Source of the DNA: Eledone cirrhosa
Taxonomy: Eukaryota
Assembly (NCBI GenBank): GCA_964016885.1
Contig: OZ024742.1
Span: forward strand, 12,648,001-12,712,000
Direction: 5' to 3'
DNA length: 64,000 bases
Below, piece after piece: positions 1 to 9,681 of the stretch (positions are counted from its first letter, which is position 1; the number at the start of each line of letters is the position of its first letter). The notes under the pieces are model-generated. The model had not been told where the DNA came from. It saw only the letters and a list, made by a program, of their open reading frames with translations, and made no database searches. Both the position numbers and the translations under genes were made by a program.

Positions 1-1380
1 CTAGGGAATCGTTTGTCAAGAGCTTTAAATAATAGTTTAGCAATAGGGGTTTTAATATTTAGTGAGAAAGGGGGAGCGAACCATAATATAGTCCTAGTTC
101 TATTTCTTTTTCGGCTTTCGGGGTTATAGTAATATTTTCTATTATGGTGTTGAAATTGTTACCATAATTAAAGTTGTTATTATTTTGGTTATTTGTATAT
201 TATTATTATTATCGATGTATTTAATTTTATTTCTATACCCAGCTCTACCTAACGCTTCATTGTAATAATGCGCTTTTTCATCAAATATATTCTTATAGAT
301 GAAATTCTTGAAATACGTTCTTGAACAGAGTTCACTATAGTATTTTTAACGGATCTGGGGTGATTAGAGTTAAAATTGACATAATTTAAAATTCTCATTT
401 AGTTTGTGAAATGGATAATGAAGACATGTGTTGAGATTTAGTGTTACATCTAGAAAATTGACTTTTTATGGTTATTCTCTATTTCTACTTTTAGATTAAG
501 GTAATTAAAAAATTGTATAATTTGTTTCTTTTTCTATTTAGTTCACAGCTATTATTTTCTATAAGTAAAAGCATGTCGTCACGATATAAGCCTCCGGTTA
601 CATCTGGTATTTTTCTATGTAGAAAGAATTAATTATAAATAGGCCCACAAGGTCCGTTACCTGAGCTGAGTCTGAAGATCCATGAGTCTGAAGATCCCAT
701 AGTTATGTCGAAATTATTATTTCTATCTGCCCTAGTCTAGAGTTGGTTATTAAATTCTATTAATGTTTTCCGTGCCGATAATATAATGTGCATTTCATTG
801 CTAGTTAGGTCTGTATGTTTAAAATGCGTAAGTTAGTGCCTTATTCAGTAGATTAGGAGTGATAGATGAGTAGTAGTTAGCAATATCCAAACTGAATAAA
901 CTTATTATTATAGTTATATTTAATTTCTTTAAACCAATCGATAACCTCACTAGTCCCTTTCAATAATTTTAAGTAAGATAAATTAGGTAAATTCTTAATT
1001 TGTTGTATTACTCTGTCTAGAATATTTTTGCTAAGTCTGCCCAGGTCAGATTTAGATGGTGCAATTAATCTGAATGGTAAATCATTTTCAAAGTTTCTTT
1101 TATGATCCTTCATATTGATCTTAGGTTTCCTTGGCATGAAGGGTTGTATTTAATTTTCAATGTCTAGTTCATGCATTATCAAGTTCGTCCTTATTTGCTA
1201 CTTTATATTTCTTCCTTAGTTCCATCAATATAAGGTCGTTATAAATGTCCTTTTGTATTCCATAAAGATTATTAGTTTTGTCCGACTTGACTAGAATTTT
1301 CTCCGTTTTCTCCAAGTTTTCAATCTTATCTTTAATATCTCTTAAGTAATCTTGGCCTTTGAAGTTGTTTTTGAAAACTT
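1..1380 (-). mobile_element. Degenerate, 5'-truncated Penelope-like retroelement (RT/thumb region; probably Naiad-like clade), continuing off the left edge
   Basis: Minus-strand translation across frames gives collinear PLE RT motifs: VKSDKTNNL (~1270-1295), KDHKRNF..PFRLIAPSKSDLGRLSKNILD and FIQF (ORF 877-1137), FDITMG (~695-712), GGLYRDD (~572-596), KVNFLDVTLNLN (~431-466), NSNHPRS (~351-375), RTILWFAPPFS..KLLFKALDKRFP (1-100). Multiple stops and frameshifts. The 5' end abuts (TA)n at 1381. Confidence 0.85.
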
Positions 1381-1610
1381 ATATATATATATATATATAA
1401 ATGAAAGGTATAGATAATATTGTAGCAAGAAGCCAACAGTATTCCATAATATATAAGTGACTATAGCGTCAAAATGGGAAAAATAGTTAACGTAAGATGT
1501 GGGAAAAATAATTCAAACTCAACTCAAAAGGAATCAGGATATAGATTCATCCAACAGAATTTAGTGAAATCCAGGGAAAAATCAATAGAGATAAAATAAA
1601 GTTTAAAATA

Positions 1611-1810
1611 NNNNNNNNNNNNNNNNNNNNNNNNNNNNNNNNNNNNNNNNNNNNNNNNNNNNNNNNNNNNNNNNNNNNNNNNNNNNNNNNNNNNNNNNNN
1701 NNNNNNNNNNNNNNNNNNNNNNNNNNNNNNNNNNNNNNNNNNNNNNNNNNNNNNNNNNNNNNNNNNNNNNNNNNNNNNNNNNNNNNNNNNNNNNNNNNNN
1801 NNNNNNNNNN
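1611..1810. other. Assembly gap (200 N)
   Basis: Run of N; the round length suggests a scaffolding gap of unknown true size. Confidence 0.99.
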
Positions 1811-1870
1811 CAAAGCTTATAAAATACATGTGAGTGATTTATATTTAATTAACTATAGTAACATGCACGA

Positions 1871-1872
<2 letters not shown>

Positions 1873-1938
<66 letters not shown>

Positions 1939-1944
1939 AAACAC

Positions 1945-2001
<57 letters not shown>
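1873..2001. repeat. Compound (CA)n(TA)n microsatellite
   Basis: Read directly. Confidence 0.97.
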
Positions 2002-2005
<4 letters not shown>

Positions 2006-2428
2006 GTCAATGTAATCTGCATGACGTGCATACGTTCGTCGACATAACTAATTAATAAATATTTATGGGTTGTGAAACTACTGTCTCCTTGTCAGAAGTT
2101 AACCACCTCTGTGATTGTGTCTACAGACGAATTTGAAAATGACAGCTCTACATATGTCAGACAAGACTATAGCTGAAATAAACAGACCAAGAACGTGCAT
2201 ACGTTTGGTAATGTAATTCATTAAATAAGTATTTGTGATAGTACACATCATATATTCAAAGATTTGATGGTGATTGGGTAAGTACAGTGGCTTAAGTAGA
2301 AGGCATCACTGCGAAAAGAATGACGTGAAAGCATTTTCAAATATTTCTCTTTACACTGAAAAATATTGCATGTATATCACTATGTATGTATGTAAGTGTA
2401 CATGTGTATGGTTTTATATATATATATA

Positions 2429-2518
2429 TAACAAAGGAATTGTGGTAAGGAACCAGATGGACCATAACGCACCAGAGTACTCAATACTTAGAGTAGTAGA
2501 GTGGTCACACTTTTTCCT
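2429..2518 (-). mobile_element. Short dispersed repeat in a (TA)n tract, probable PLE terminal-repeat fragment (copy 1)
   Basis: aaggaattgtggtaaggaaccagatggaccataacgcaccagagtactcaatacttagagtagtagagtgg closely matches 6660-6733 and is flanked on both sides by (TA)n. Confidence 0.55.
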
Positions 2519-2578
2519 ATATATATATATAGATATATATATATATATATCACGATAAATTAATGGCGGCATAGGCCC

Positions 2579-2580
<2 letters not shown>

Positions 2581-2662
<82 letters not shown>

Positions 2663-2902
2663 TTAGAAACACACAGATACATGCGGACACACACATATAT
2701 ACATGAATGCATCCGCACCCAACTGTGAGTTAAGGGTGCCAACTTCACCGATGTTGCTCAATGAATGACTGGGACAGACCAATTCATTTGAACTAGACTG
2801 AACCAGTATCAGAGTTAAAAATACATTATGAAGAGAGAAGAAACATTTAGATATAATTAGTAATAAAATGTATCATACCTAAACTGCTCCTAAATTCCTG
2901 TA

Positions 2903-2960
<58 letters not shown>
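2581..2960. repeat. (TA)n microsatellites (2581-2656, 2901-2960)
   Basis: Read directly. Confidence 0.95.
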
Positions 2961-3379
2961 TACATGCATACATACTTGCATATAAAACATACAAAACATA
3001 CATACCCGTACAAATATTATGTTTGAGTTTAAGCTTGTTCAGGACTGACAATCAAGCTATCTCTAACAATATTAACGATATCAACGCACAATATCTATAA
3101 ATAAGAGAAAACCTTATTAATAACTTGAAGACAGTTGAATTGAATATCCCTGTCATTGAAATATGACAGTTAATTTCCCTGGCGTCATCTTAGATATTAA
3201 CATATGCTATCACAAACCATACTGATTAAAAAACTTGCTAAGCATGTGAATAAGTACATATACTTAAATAAGACTGTTATTGATCCAATCAGTACTGTCT
3301 CTTAGCAAACATCCTAAACCGAACGCCAGCCTCTACCCATGACCCCTACCAAACCAAACGTTAGGGGACGTTACTGTGT

Positions 3380-4020
3380 AAGAGTTTAATAGTCCTTAAT
3401 ATTTCGGGACACGTCATCACATTAAAAAATGCCAGCATAAGAACAACACCAGATGTCCTGCTCCAAATGAGTTTTTACAACTCTTCCTTTGATGAAGGTA
3501 TCTTATCCCGAAATATTTAGGTCTATAAAACACCTCCAGTGTAAGATTCCAAAAACTTTGTTATCGTTACTTTTAACATTTACTGTGCTATTATTTATAT
3601 GATTATGCCGTGAGTTAAATCTAACAGGTACATTGATTCCCCCGTTCCTTCCCGCGATGATTAGATTTAAGATTACAATGCTAAATTACTTAAAATTCTT
3701 TATCAAAAATATATCTCGATTGCCTGGGGGCTATCTTAAATGTTTTCATGTGTTGTCTCGGAGATTTCGATACAATCACAATCCTTACTTCAAAATTAAA
3801 GCACATCCTCCTTAGATATAAGACGCCAGCTATCCCCTTTGGCGGGTAGATTTTGAGAAAACTAATCCGCACTATTACCTCTGATTAATTGAAATAAAAT
3901 CCACACTTGTTTTTGGCTGTGATATTGTTTTTCTTGGAAACAAATTTCTTTCCGAAGAGATTAATTTGGAAGAGTGCCATTGAGGACATAGCGAAATCAG
4001 TTAGATCGCTCAAGGGCAGG
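3380..4020. mobile_element. Possible decayed PLE 3' end with a degenerate inverted terminal repeat
   Basis: Inverted similarity between 3385-3420 (rc: gtgatgacgtgtcccgaaatattaaggactattaaac) and 3490-3530 (ttgatgaaggtatcttatcccgaaatatttaggtctataaaac), both with a decayed TGATGA...GAAA hammerhead-like core. The minus strand at ~3960-4010 reads LISLCPQWHSSKL, reminiscent of PLE C-termini. Confidence 0.35.
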
Positions 4021-4429
4021 TTTTGGACAAACACGAAGTGAAACAGCATTGAGAGGGGGGGGGTAGAAGAGGATAGACGCAATGAAAATATGAATGTGTA
4101 TAACAGAAGAAAAAACAGAAATAGAAAAGGCTGACAAGTAACAAGTGTAAAAGAGAGATGTAGTGACGGAGAGGAAATAAGAAAGAGTGGTAAATAAAAA
4201 TATAGAGAGATGAGTGATGATAAAATATATGTAGATATATGTAAATGAGTGTGAATGAGAAAAGGAAGAAAGATTTTTGTGGTGATAAGAGAAGAGGGAA
4301 AGAGAAGGAGGAAAGAAAGAAAGAAAAAGTAATGTAGGACAAAAGATAATTTACAGAGAAGACAGAGGTAGATATACAGAGATGGTGGGGGGAGGAAACT
4401 GATCGGTAGAGTTAAGGAAACGGTGGTGG

Positions 4430-4445
4430 GGGACTGAGATAGAGC

Positions 4446-4516
<71 letters not shown>

Positions 4517-4723
4517 GGTTGTGGGAGAGACAGAGAGAGAGGGATGGAGAGAGACGGTCGTGGGAGAGACAGAGAGAGAAAGAGGGAGAGGGACAGTCGC
4601 GGGAGGGACAGAGAGAGAGGGAGAGGGACGGTCGTGGGAGGGACAGAGAGAGAGAGCGGGAGAGGGAGAGGGACGGTCGTGGGAGGGACAGAGAGAGAGA
4701 GGGAGAGGAACAGTCGTCGGAGG

Positions 4724-4763
<40 letters not shown>

Positions 4764-5418
4764 CTGTCGTGGGAGGGACAGAGAGAGAGATAGGGAGAGG
4801 GAGAGGGACGGTCGCGGGAGGGACAGAGAGAGAGATAGGGAGAGGGAGAGGGACGGTCGTGGGAGGGACAGAGAGGGAGAGGGAGGGAGAGGGAGAGGGA
4901 CGGTCGTGGGAGGGACAGAGAGAGAGAGAGAGGGAGAGGGACGGTCGTGGGAGGGACAGAGAGAGAGAGAGAGAGAGGGAGAGGGACGGTCGTGGGAGAG
5001 ACAGAGAGCGAGAGAGAGGGAGAGGGACAGTCGTGGGAGAGAGAGAGATAGGGAGAGGGAGAGGGACAGTCGTGGGAGAGAGAGAGATAGGGAGAGGGAG
5101 AGGGACAGACGTGAGAGAGAGAGAGATAGGGAGAGGGAGAAGGACGATCGTGGGAGGGACAGAGAGAGAGAGAGGGAGAGGAACAGTCGTCGGAGGGACA
5201 GAGAGAGAGAGAGAGAGGGAGAGGGACTGTCGTGGGAGGGACAGAGAGAGAGAGAGGGAGAGGGACAGTCGCGGGAGGGACAGAGAGAGAGATAGGGAGA
5301 GGGAGAGGGACGGTCGCGGGAGGGACAGAGAGAGAGATAGGGAGAGGGAGAGGGACGGTCGTGGGAGGGACAGAGAGAGAGAGGGAGGGAGAGGGAGAGG
5401 GACGGTCGTGGGAGGGAC

Positions 5419-5449
<31 letters not shown>

Positions 5450-5955
5450 GAGAGGGAGAGGGACGGTCGTGGGAGGGACAGACGTGGGAGAGAGAGAGAT
5501 AGGGAGAGGGAGAGGGACAGTCGTGGGAGAGAGAGAGATAGGGAGAGGGAGAGGGACAGACGTGGGAGAGAGAGATAGGGAGAGGGAGAGGGACAGACGT
5601 GGGAGAGAGAGAGATAGGGAGAGGGAGAGGGACAGTCGTGGGAGAGAGAGAGATAGGGAGAGGGAGAGGGACAGACGTGGGAGAGAGAGATAGGGAGAGG
5701 GAGAGGGACAGACGTGGGAGAGAGAGATAGGGAGAGGGAGAGGGACAGACGTGGGAGAGAGATAGGGAGAGGGAGAGGGACAGACGTGGGAGAGAGAGAT
5801 AGGGAGAGGGAGAGGGACAGACGTGGGAGAGAGAGAGATAGGGAGAGGGAGAGGGACAGTCGTGGGAGAGAGAGAGATAGGGAGAGGGAGAGGGACAGAC
5901 GTGGGAGAGAGAGATAGGGAGAGGGAGAGGGACAGACGTGGGAGAGAGAGAGAGA
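4430..5955. repeat. Purine-rich GA minisatellite, ~35-50 bp units (GGGAGAGGGAGAGGGAC(G/A)G(T/A)CGTGGGAG[GGAC](AG)nAT)
   Basis: Tandem units with variable (GA)n spacers. The unit shifts from GGACGGTCGTGGGAGGGACAG on the left to GGACAGACGTGGGAGAG on the right. It produces the low-complexity ORFs at 4351-6061. Confidence 0.93.
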
Positions 5956-6160
5956 CATTAATATAGGTAGAACAAACTATGAAAAAGGAGATGCGTTGAG
6001 ACAGGAATGAGATGAAATGAGATTGCTTATATTTATTTCTTGGCAAAGAATGAAACAACAATTGTTGTTGTTGTTGCTGTTGTTGTTGCAGTTGATTTAC
6101 AAGTTGTCCTGGCCTCTATTTTAAATATTGCAAGAGTTGATTTTCTTGTGTAATTATTAT

Positions 6161-6370
6161 TGGATCGGCAGAATCGGTAGAGCGTCGGACAACATATTTT
6201 GCGGCATACGAACCTTTACGTTCTGAGTTCAAATCCCGTCGAGGTTAACTTTGCCTTTCATTCTTACGTGGTCGATAAAATAAAGTACCAGTAATGCACT
6301 GGGGTTGATATACTCAACTTTCCCCTCCCCTCAAAATTGCTGGCCTTGTGCCTATGTAAGAAACCATTAT
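6161..6370 (+). mobile_element. tRNA-derived SINE (long form)
   Basis: A-box-like tcggcagaatcggtagagc, B-box gagttcaaatccc, body actttgcctttcat...gtcgataaaataaagtaccagt, tail aaaattgctggccttgtgcc...gaaaccattatt. Homologous to copies at 7258, 15345, 15563 and 16068. Confidence 0.85.
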
Positions 6371-6389
6371 TACTATTTTTTTCTCTAAT

Positions 6390-6498
6390 TGTTTCTAATT
6401 TTGGCACAAGGCCAGCAATTACTCAGTGTATTACTGGTACTTCATTTTATCGACCCCGTAAGGATGAAAGGCAAAGTCAACCTCGGCAGGATTTGATT
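6390..6498 (-). mobile_element. tRNA-derived SINE, 5'-truncated, tail-to-tail with the 6161 copy
   Basis: ggcacaaggccagcaatt...ctggtacttcattttatcgaccccgtaaggatgaaaggcaaagtcaacctcggcaggatttga is the reverse complement of the SINE body. Confidence 0.85.
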
Positions 6499-6656
6499 CT
6501 AATAATGCTATTATATAGTATATTGTTGATATTGTGTTTTATATCCTGAAAGTGTGGCCCGATGTATGGGGAGATAACCCCCATTGAACATGGTATTACA
6601 AATATGTATATAGGTGTGTGTGGATATGTATCTATGTATCTATGTGTATATATATA

Positions 6657-6787
6657 TAACGAAGGAAGTGTGGTAAGTAACTAAGTGGACCATAACGCAC
6701 CAAAGCACTCGATACTTTGGGTAGTAGAGTGGATAATAGGAAAGGAGTCAGGATCCCGACGGCTGAGCTCCGGCCGTTTCGAAAGCT
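6657..6787 (-). mobile_element. PLE terminal-repeat fragment in (TA)n (copy 2) with the 3' half of a hammerhead motif
   Basis: Similar to 2429-2518. The minus strand begins ..CGAAACGGC-cggagctca-GCCGTC, i.e. GAAA + stem III + GUC, truncated upstream by (TA)n. Confidence 0.55.
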
Positions 6788-6846
6788 ATATATATATATA
6801 TATATATATATATAGGAGGGGGGTGCGTATATGTATGTGTGTATGT

Positions 6847-6878
<32 letters not shown>

Positions 6879-6951
6879 TGTGTGATGAGTGTGTGCTTTT
6901 CATCTGTCCGCATGAGTAAGACAACTTGCACGTAATTACGAAATCTGTGTC

Positions 6952-6982
<31 letters not shown>

Positions 6983-7257
6983 ACATGTGTGTGTGTGTGT
7001 GCTACACATAGACTACACATGCACATTAGCATATATTTACATATACACATGATTTCCATGTAGTCTTACTGTTGTTTATGTTATCCATATCAAGAGTGTA
7101 TGTCATTGGTGACCCTGTCAAACTGAAATCGACTGAAGCGCGGAAATCATCTTCTGCGGTCAAATGTTATCAGTGACATGAGCTGGAACGTTCTGCAGTA
7201 ACATAGCCAACAGTATTAGAGAAACTAGTTTCATGTGATATTATTTAATCTTTCTGC

Positions 7258-7441
7258 CGGTGGATTGGCAGTATCGGTAGAGGGTCGGACGCTATGCTTT
7301 GACGTATAGAGTTACGGCCCTTGCCATTCTGAGTTCAAATCCTGCCAAGGTTAACTTTGCCTTTCATCCTTACGGGGTCGATAAAATAAAGTACCAGTAA
7401 TGCACTGGGTAATTGCTGGCCTTATGCCTAAAGTAGAAACA
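7258..7441 (+). mobile_element. Full-length tRNA-derived SINE (short-tail subfamily) with TSD
   Basis: A/B boxes (tggcagtatcggtagag; gagttcaaatcc). Flanked by the direct repeat attatttaatctttctgc (7240-7257 and 7442-7459). Confidence 0.9.
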
Positions 7442-7522
7442 ATTATTTAATCTTTCTGCTTCCGAATTATAATACTTTGGCCTGTACTTGAAATCTTTTC
7501 ATTCATGTACATACTCACACGT

Positions 7523-7602
7523 AGGCGGTGATATTGGTATGACGGATAGAAGGATTTCTTGTATTAGTTCCCGATCTCTGTACTCTGATTTCAAATCCCG
7601 CG
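7523..7602 (+). mobile_element. Degenerate SINE head fragment
   Basis: aggcggtgatattggtatgacggatagaagg...ctctgatttcaaatcccg resembles the 5' half of the SINE family. Confidence 0.5.
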
Positions 7603-7746
7603 AGAATGGAAGTGGGTAGATCATGTGTCATGAAGAAAGGAGATGAAATTAACAAGAGATAGACACGAGAGGGACTAAGCTATATATAGAATGGAGACTA
7701 AGGTAGACAGGAACAACTGATACACACTCAGGAAGGGCTTCGCTTT

Positions 7747-7803
<57 letters not shown>

Positions 7804-7951
7804 TTTTGAGTATATGTTGGTTGTATACCAACACCTCAGTATGCAGGCTGGAGCACTCGACGAAGTGCGCAGGTTGGTTTGGTTACTCCGGAGTAATGTA
7901 AAATAAAGTAAAATAAATAAGTCAAATGTTTAAAATATAATTTCGTTTATT

Positions 7952-8006
7952 ACTGCTATATATATTTCGGTGACAGCCATCTTTGGCTGTGACCTCTTCA
8001 GGCAGT
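7952..8006 (-). ncRNA. Type I minimal hammerhead ribozyme motif (minus-strand copy)
   Basis: Exact reverse complement of the 8259-8313 motif. Confidence 0.75.
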
Positions 8007-8258
8007 CCGAATTAGTGTGGTATAGACAAGAACATATGTTGTTGAGGTGTATAATTTTGTCAATACTCTGATATGCCCAGTTCCTGGTTGGGTTGTTATT
8101 TCACTGAGGAACTGGAATCATATCATATGATTCCTCAGTGAAATAACAAGTGAAATAACAGTGAAATAACAACCCAACCAGGAACTGGGCATATCAGAGT
8201 ATTGACATAATTAAACACCTCAACAACATATGTACTTGTCTATGCCACACTAATTCGG

Positions 8259-8313
8259 ACTGCCTGAAGAGGTCACAGCCAAAGATGGCTGTCACCGAAA
8301 TATATATAGCAGT
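8259..8313 (+). ncRNA. Type I minimal hammerhead ribozyme motif
   Basis: ACTGC [stem I] CTGAAGA GGTCACAGCCA-AAGA-TGGCTGTCACC [stem II, one mismatch] GAA A-TATATA-T A [short palindromic stem III, cleavage after AUA] GCAGT [stem I']. Confidence 0.78.
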
Positions 8314-8359
8314 AATAAACGAAGCTAAATTTTAAACATTTAACTTATTTATTTTACTT

Positions 8360-8408
<49 letters not shown>

Positions 8409-8439
8409 ACAACCTTGTCCAGATTTGTGCTTTCGAGGG

Positions 8440-8512
8440 GAACGTGAACTAAAGTTCACGGACACAACGCTTCATCCGGTCCAAGAATCGAACTCATAAC
8501 CATGCGCCTTCA

Positions 8513-8513
<1 letters not shown>
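8440..8513 (-). mobile_element. Fragment of a second tRNA-derived SINE family
   Basis: ggacacaacgc...ccggtccaagaatcgaactc; the reverse complement contains the B-box-like gagttcgattc. Confidence 0.4.
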
Positions 8514-8570
<57 letters not shown>

Positions 8571-8575
<5 letters not shown>

Positions 8576-8758
8576 TCTACAGGACTAGCACTGTTTCATT
8601 CGTGAGAATTCATCAGGAAGCTGAATGAGCTTCCTGATGATTTCTCACGAATGAAACAGTTCTAGTCCTGTAGAAGGTTTTCTATATTAAACTTTTATAC
8701 TCTGCACTGTATTGAGTACCTTACTTACTGCGGTTACCCTCGAATGAACCCGGGATAA

Positions 8759-8760
<2 letters not shown>
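8571..8760. mobile_element. Second PLE terminal-repeat insertion: 48-bp-arm hairpin (8575-8622 / 8628-8675) plus tail, within (TA)n
   Basis: ttctacaggactagcactgtttcattcgtgagaattcatcaggaagct-gaatg-agcttcctgatgatttctcacgaatgaaacagttctagtcctgtagaa. The tail motif gtattgagtac is shared (inverted) with the 2429 fragment and loosely with 6657. Confidence 0.7.
8630..8676 (+). ncRNA. Type I hammerhead ribozyme motif (second family); mirror copy on the minus strand at 8575-8619
   Basis: CTTC [I] CTGATGA (T/A)TTC-TCAC-GAAT [II] GAA ACAG-ttctagtc-CTGT [III] A GAAG [I']; cleavage triplet GUA. The minus copy has a perfect ATTC/GAAT stem II. Confidence 0.7.
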
Positions 8761-8810
<50 letters not shown>

Positions 8811-8816
<6 letters not shown>

Positions 8817-9680
8817 GTAGTTAAGCAAATCAAGATCACAAACTCACATAGAAGATATTAGTCAAAGAGTATCAACATTAAGTGCAGCCTAATATAACAA
8901 AGAGAGGATAAGAATGTCAGTTTACAATTGTTTCATTACTCCATATGATATAAGCTACCTCCCTAGCATTATCTTGGTTACAATTCTCATTGGGGCCTTT
9001 GGCTCTTCAAGGAGTTGAGTTACCTCCCTTGAAACCCATCTCTATATAATAAGGTAATTTTTCTACAAGAAGCCATCTTGTTATGCGATAGGCGGCATTG
9101 TTTACTTTCAGCCTCGACATATACGTAATGTTTGTTTATACCATACACTTGAGTTCTCCAGTGCCAAGGGACCCCATCTAAGGAGCTGCTAATCTGAGGA
9201 TTCTTTACGGACACGTAACCCTCTTATTTTATTTTATTTTTACTTTATATATGTTAATAATTTCATTATCTCATCTCAAGTTCCGAGGATCTGCTCCATA
9301 ATATTATTTTATGTTACTTATCTTTCTCTGCACCAAATCAATAACGATCTTACCATCGATTGATCCAGAAATATTATATGGAGTAGTGAAACAGTTGTAA
9401 ACTGGCATTCTTATCCTCTCTTTTTATATTAAACTGCACTTAATGTTGATACTCCTTGACTAATGTCTTCTCTGTGAGTTTGTGGTCTTAATTTGCTTAA
9501 CTACTGAATATTTCCAGCTCTGTACACCTAACCTCCGTATGAATGCAGTTTTCCAACTGCTTTCCACTGCATATTGCACATCGAGCACCCGCTTTTAAGA
9601 TTTGGCTTCTAACACCTTCACCAATCTCTCCTATCCTATTCTATCTCTCTATTTAAGATTGGTTTACTCTTGAACTGACT
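8811..9680. mobile_element. Third inverted-repeat element (arms 8811-8950 and 9371-9510), probable older PLE 3' end
   Basis: tattcagtagttaagcaaat...tttcattactccatat is the reverse complement of atatggagtagtgaaac...tttgcttaactactgaata (more diverged than the 7899 pair). Begins at (TA)n. A GAAAC-AATT-GTA stem III-like remnant is present in the arms. Confidence 0.6.
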
Positions 9681-9681
9681 A

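Larger units (their letters stand above)
7810..8368. mobile_element. PLE terminal-repeat insertion forming a long inverted repeat (~207-bp arms 7899-8105 and 8160-8366)
   Basis: The arms are reverse complements with only a handful of mismatches. Each arm carries a hammerhead motif followed by AATAAA. The element is bounded by (GA)n/(TA)n. Confidence 0.8.

Noticed and set aside
1524-1829. ORFs spanning the N run
   Set aside because: Artefacts of the assembly gap; adjacency across the gap is also not guaranteed.
2025-2240. Repeated acgtgcatacgtt plus an AT-rich tail about 168 bp apart
   Set aside because: Too short and degenerate to call an element or a meaningful duplication.
4351-6061. Long ORFs of 535/549 aa (Ser/Leu/Pro-rich) and Arg/Glu-rich ORFs on the opposite strand
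   Set aside because: Translations of the GA minisatellite, which lacks stop codons by composition.
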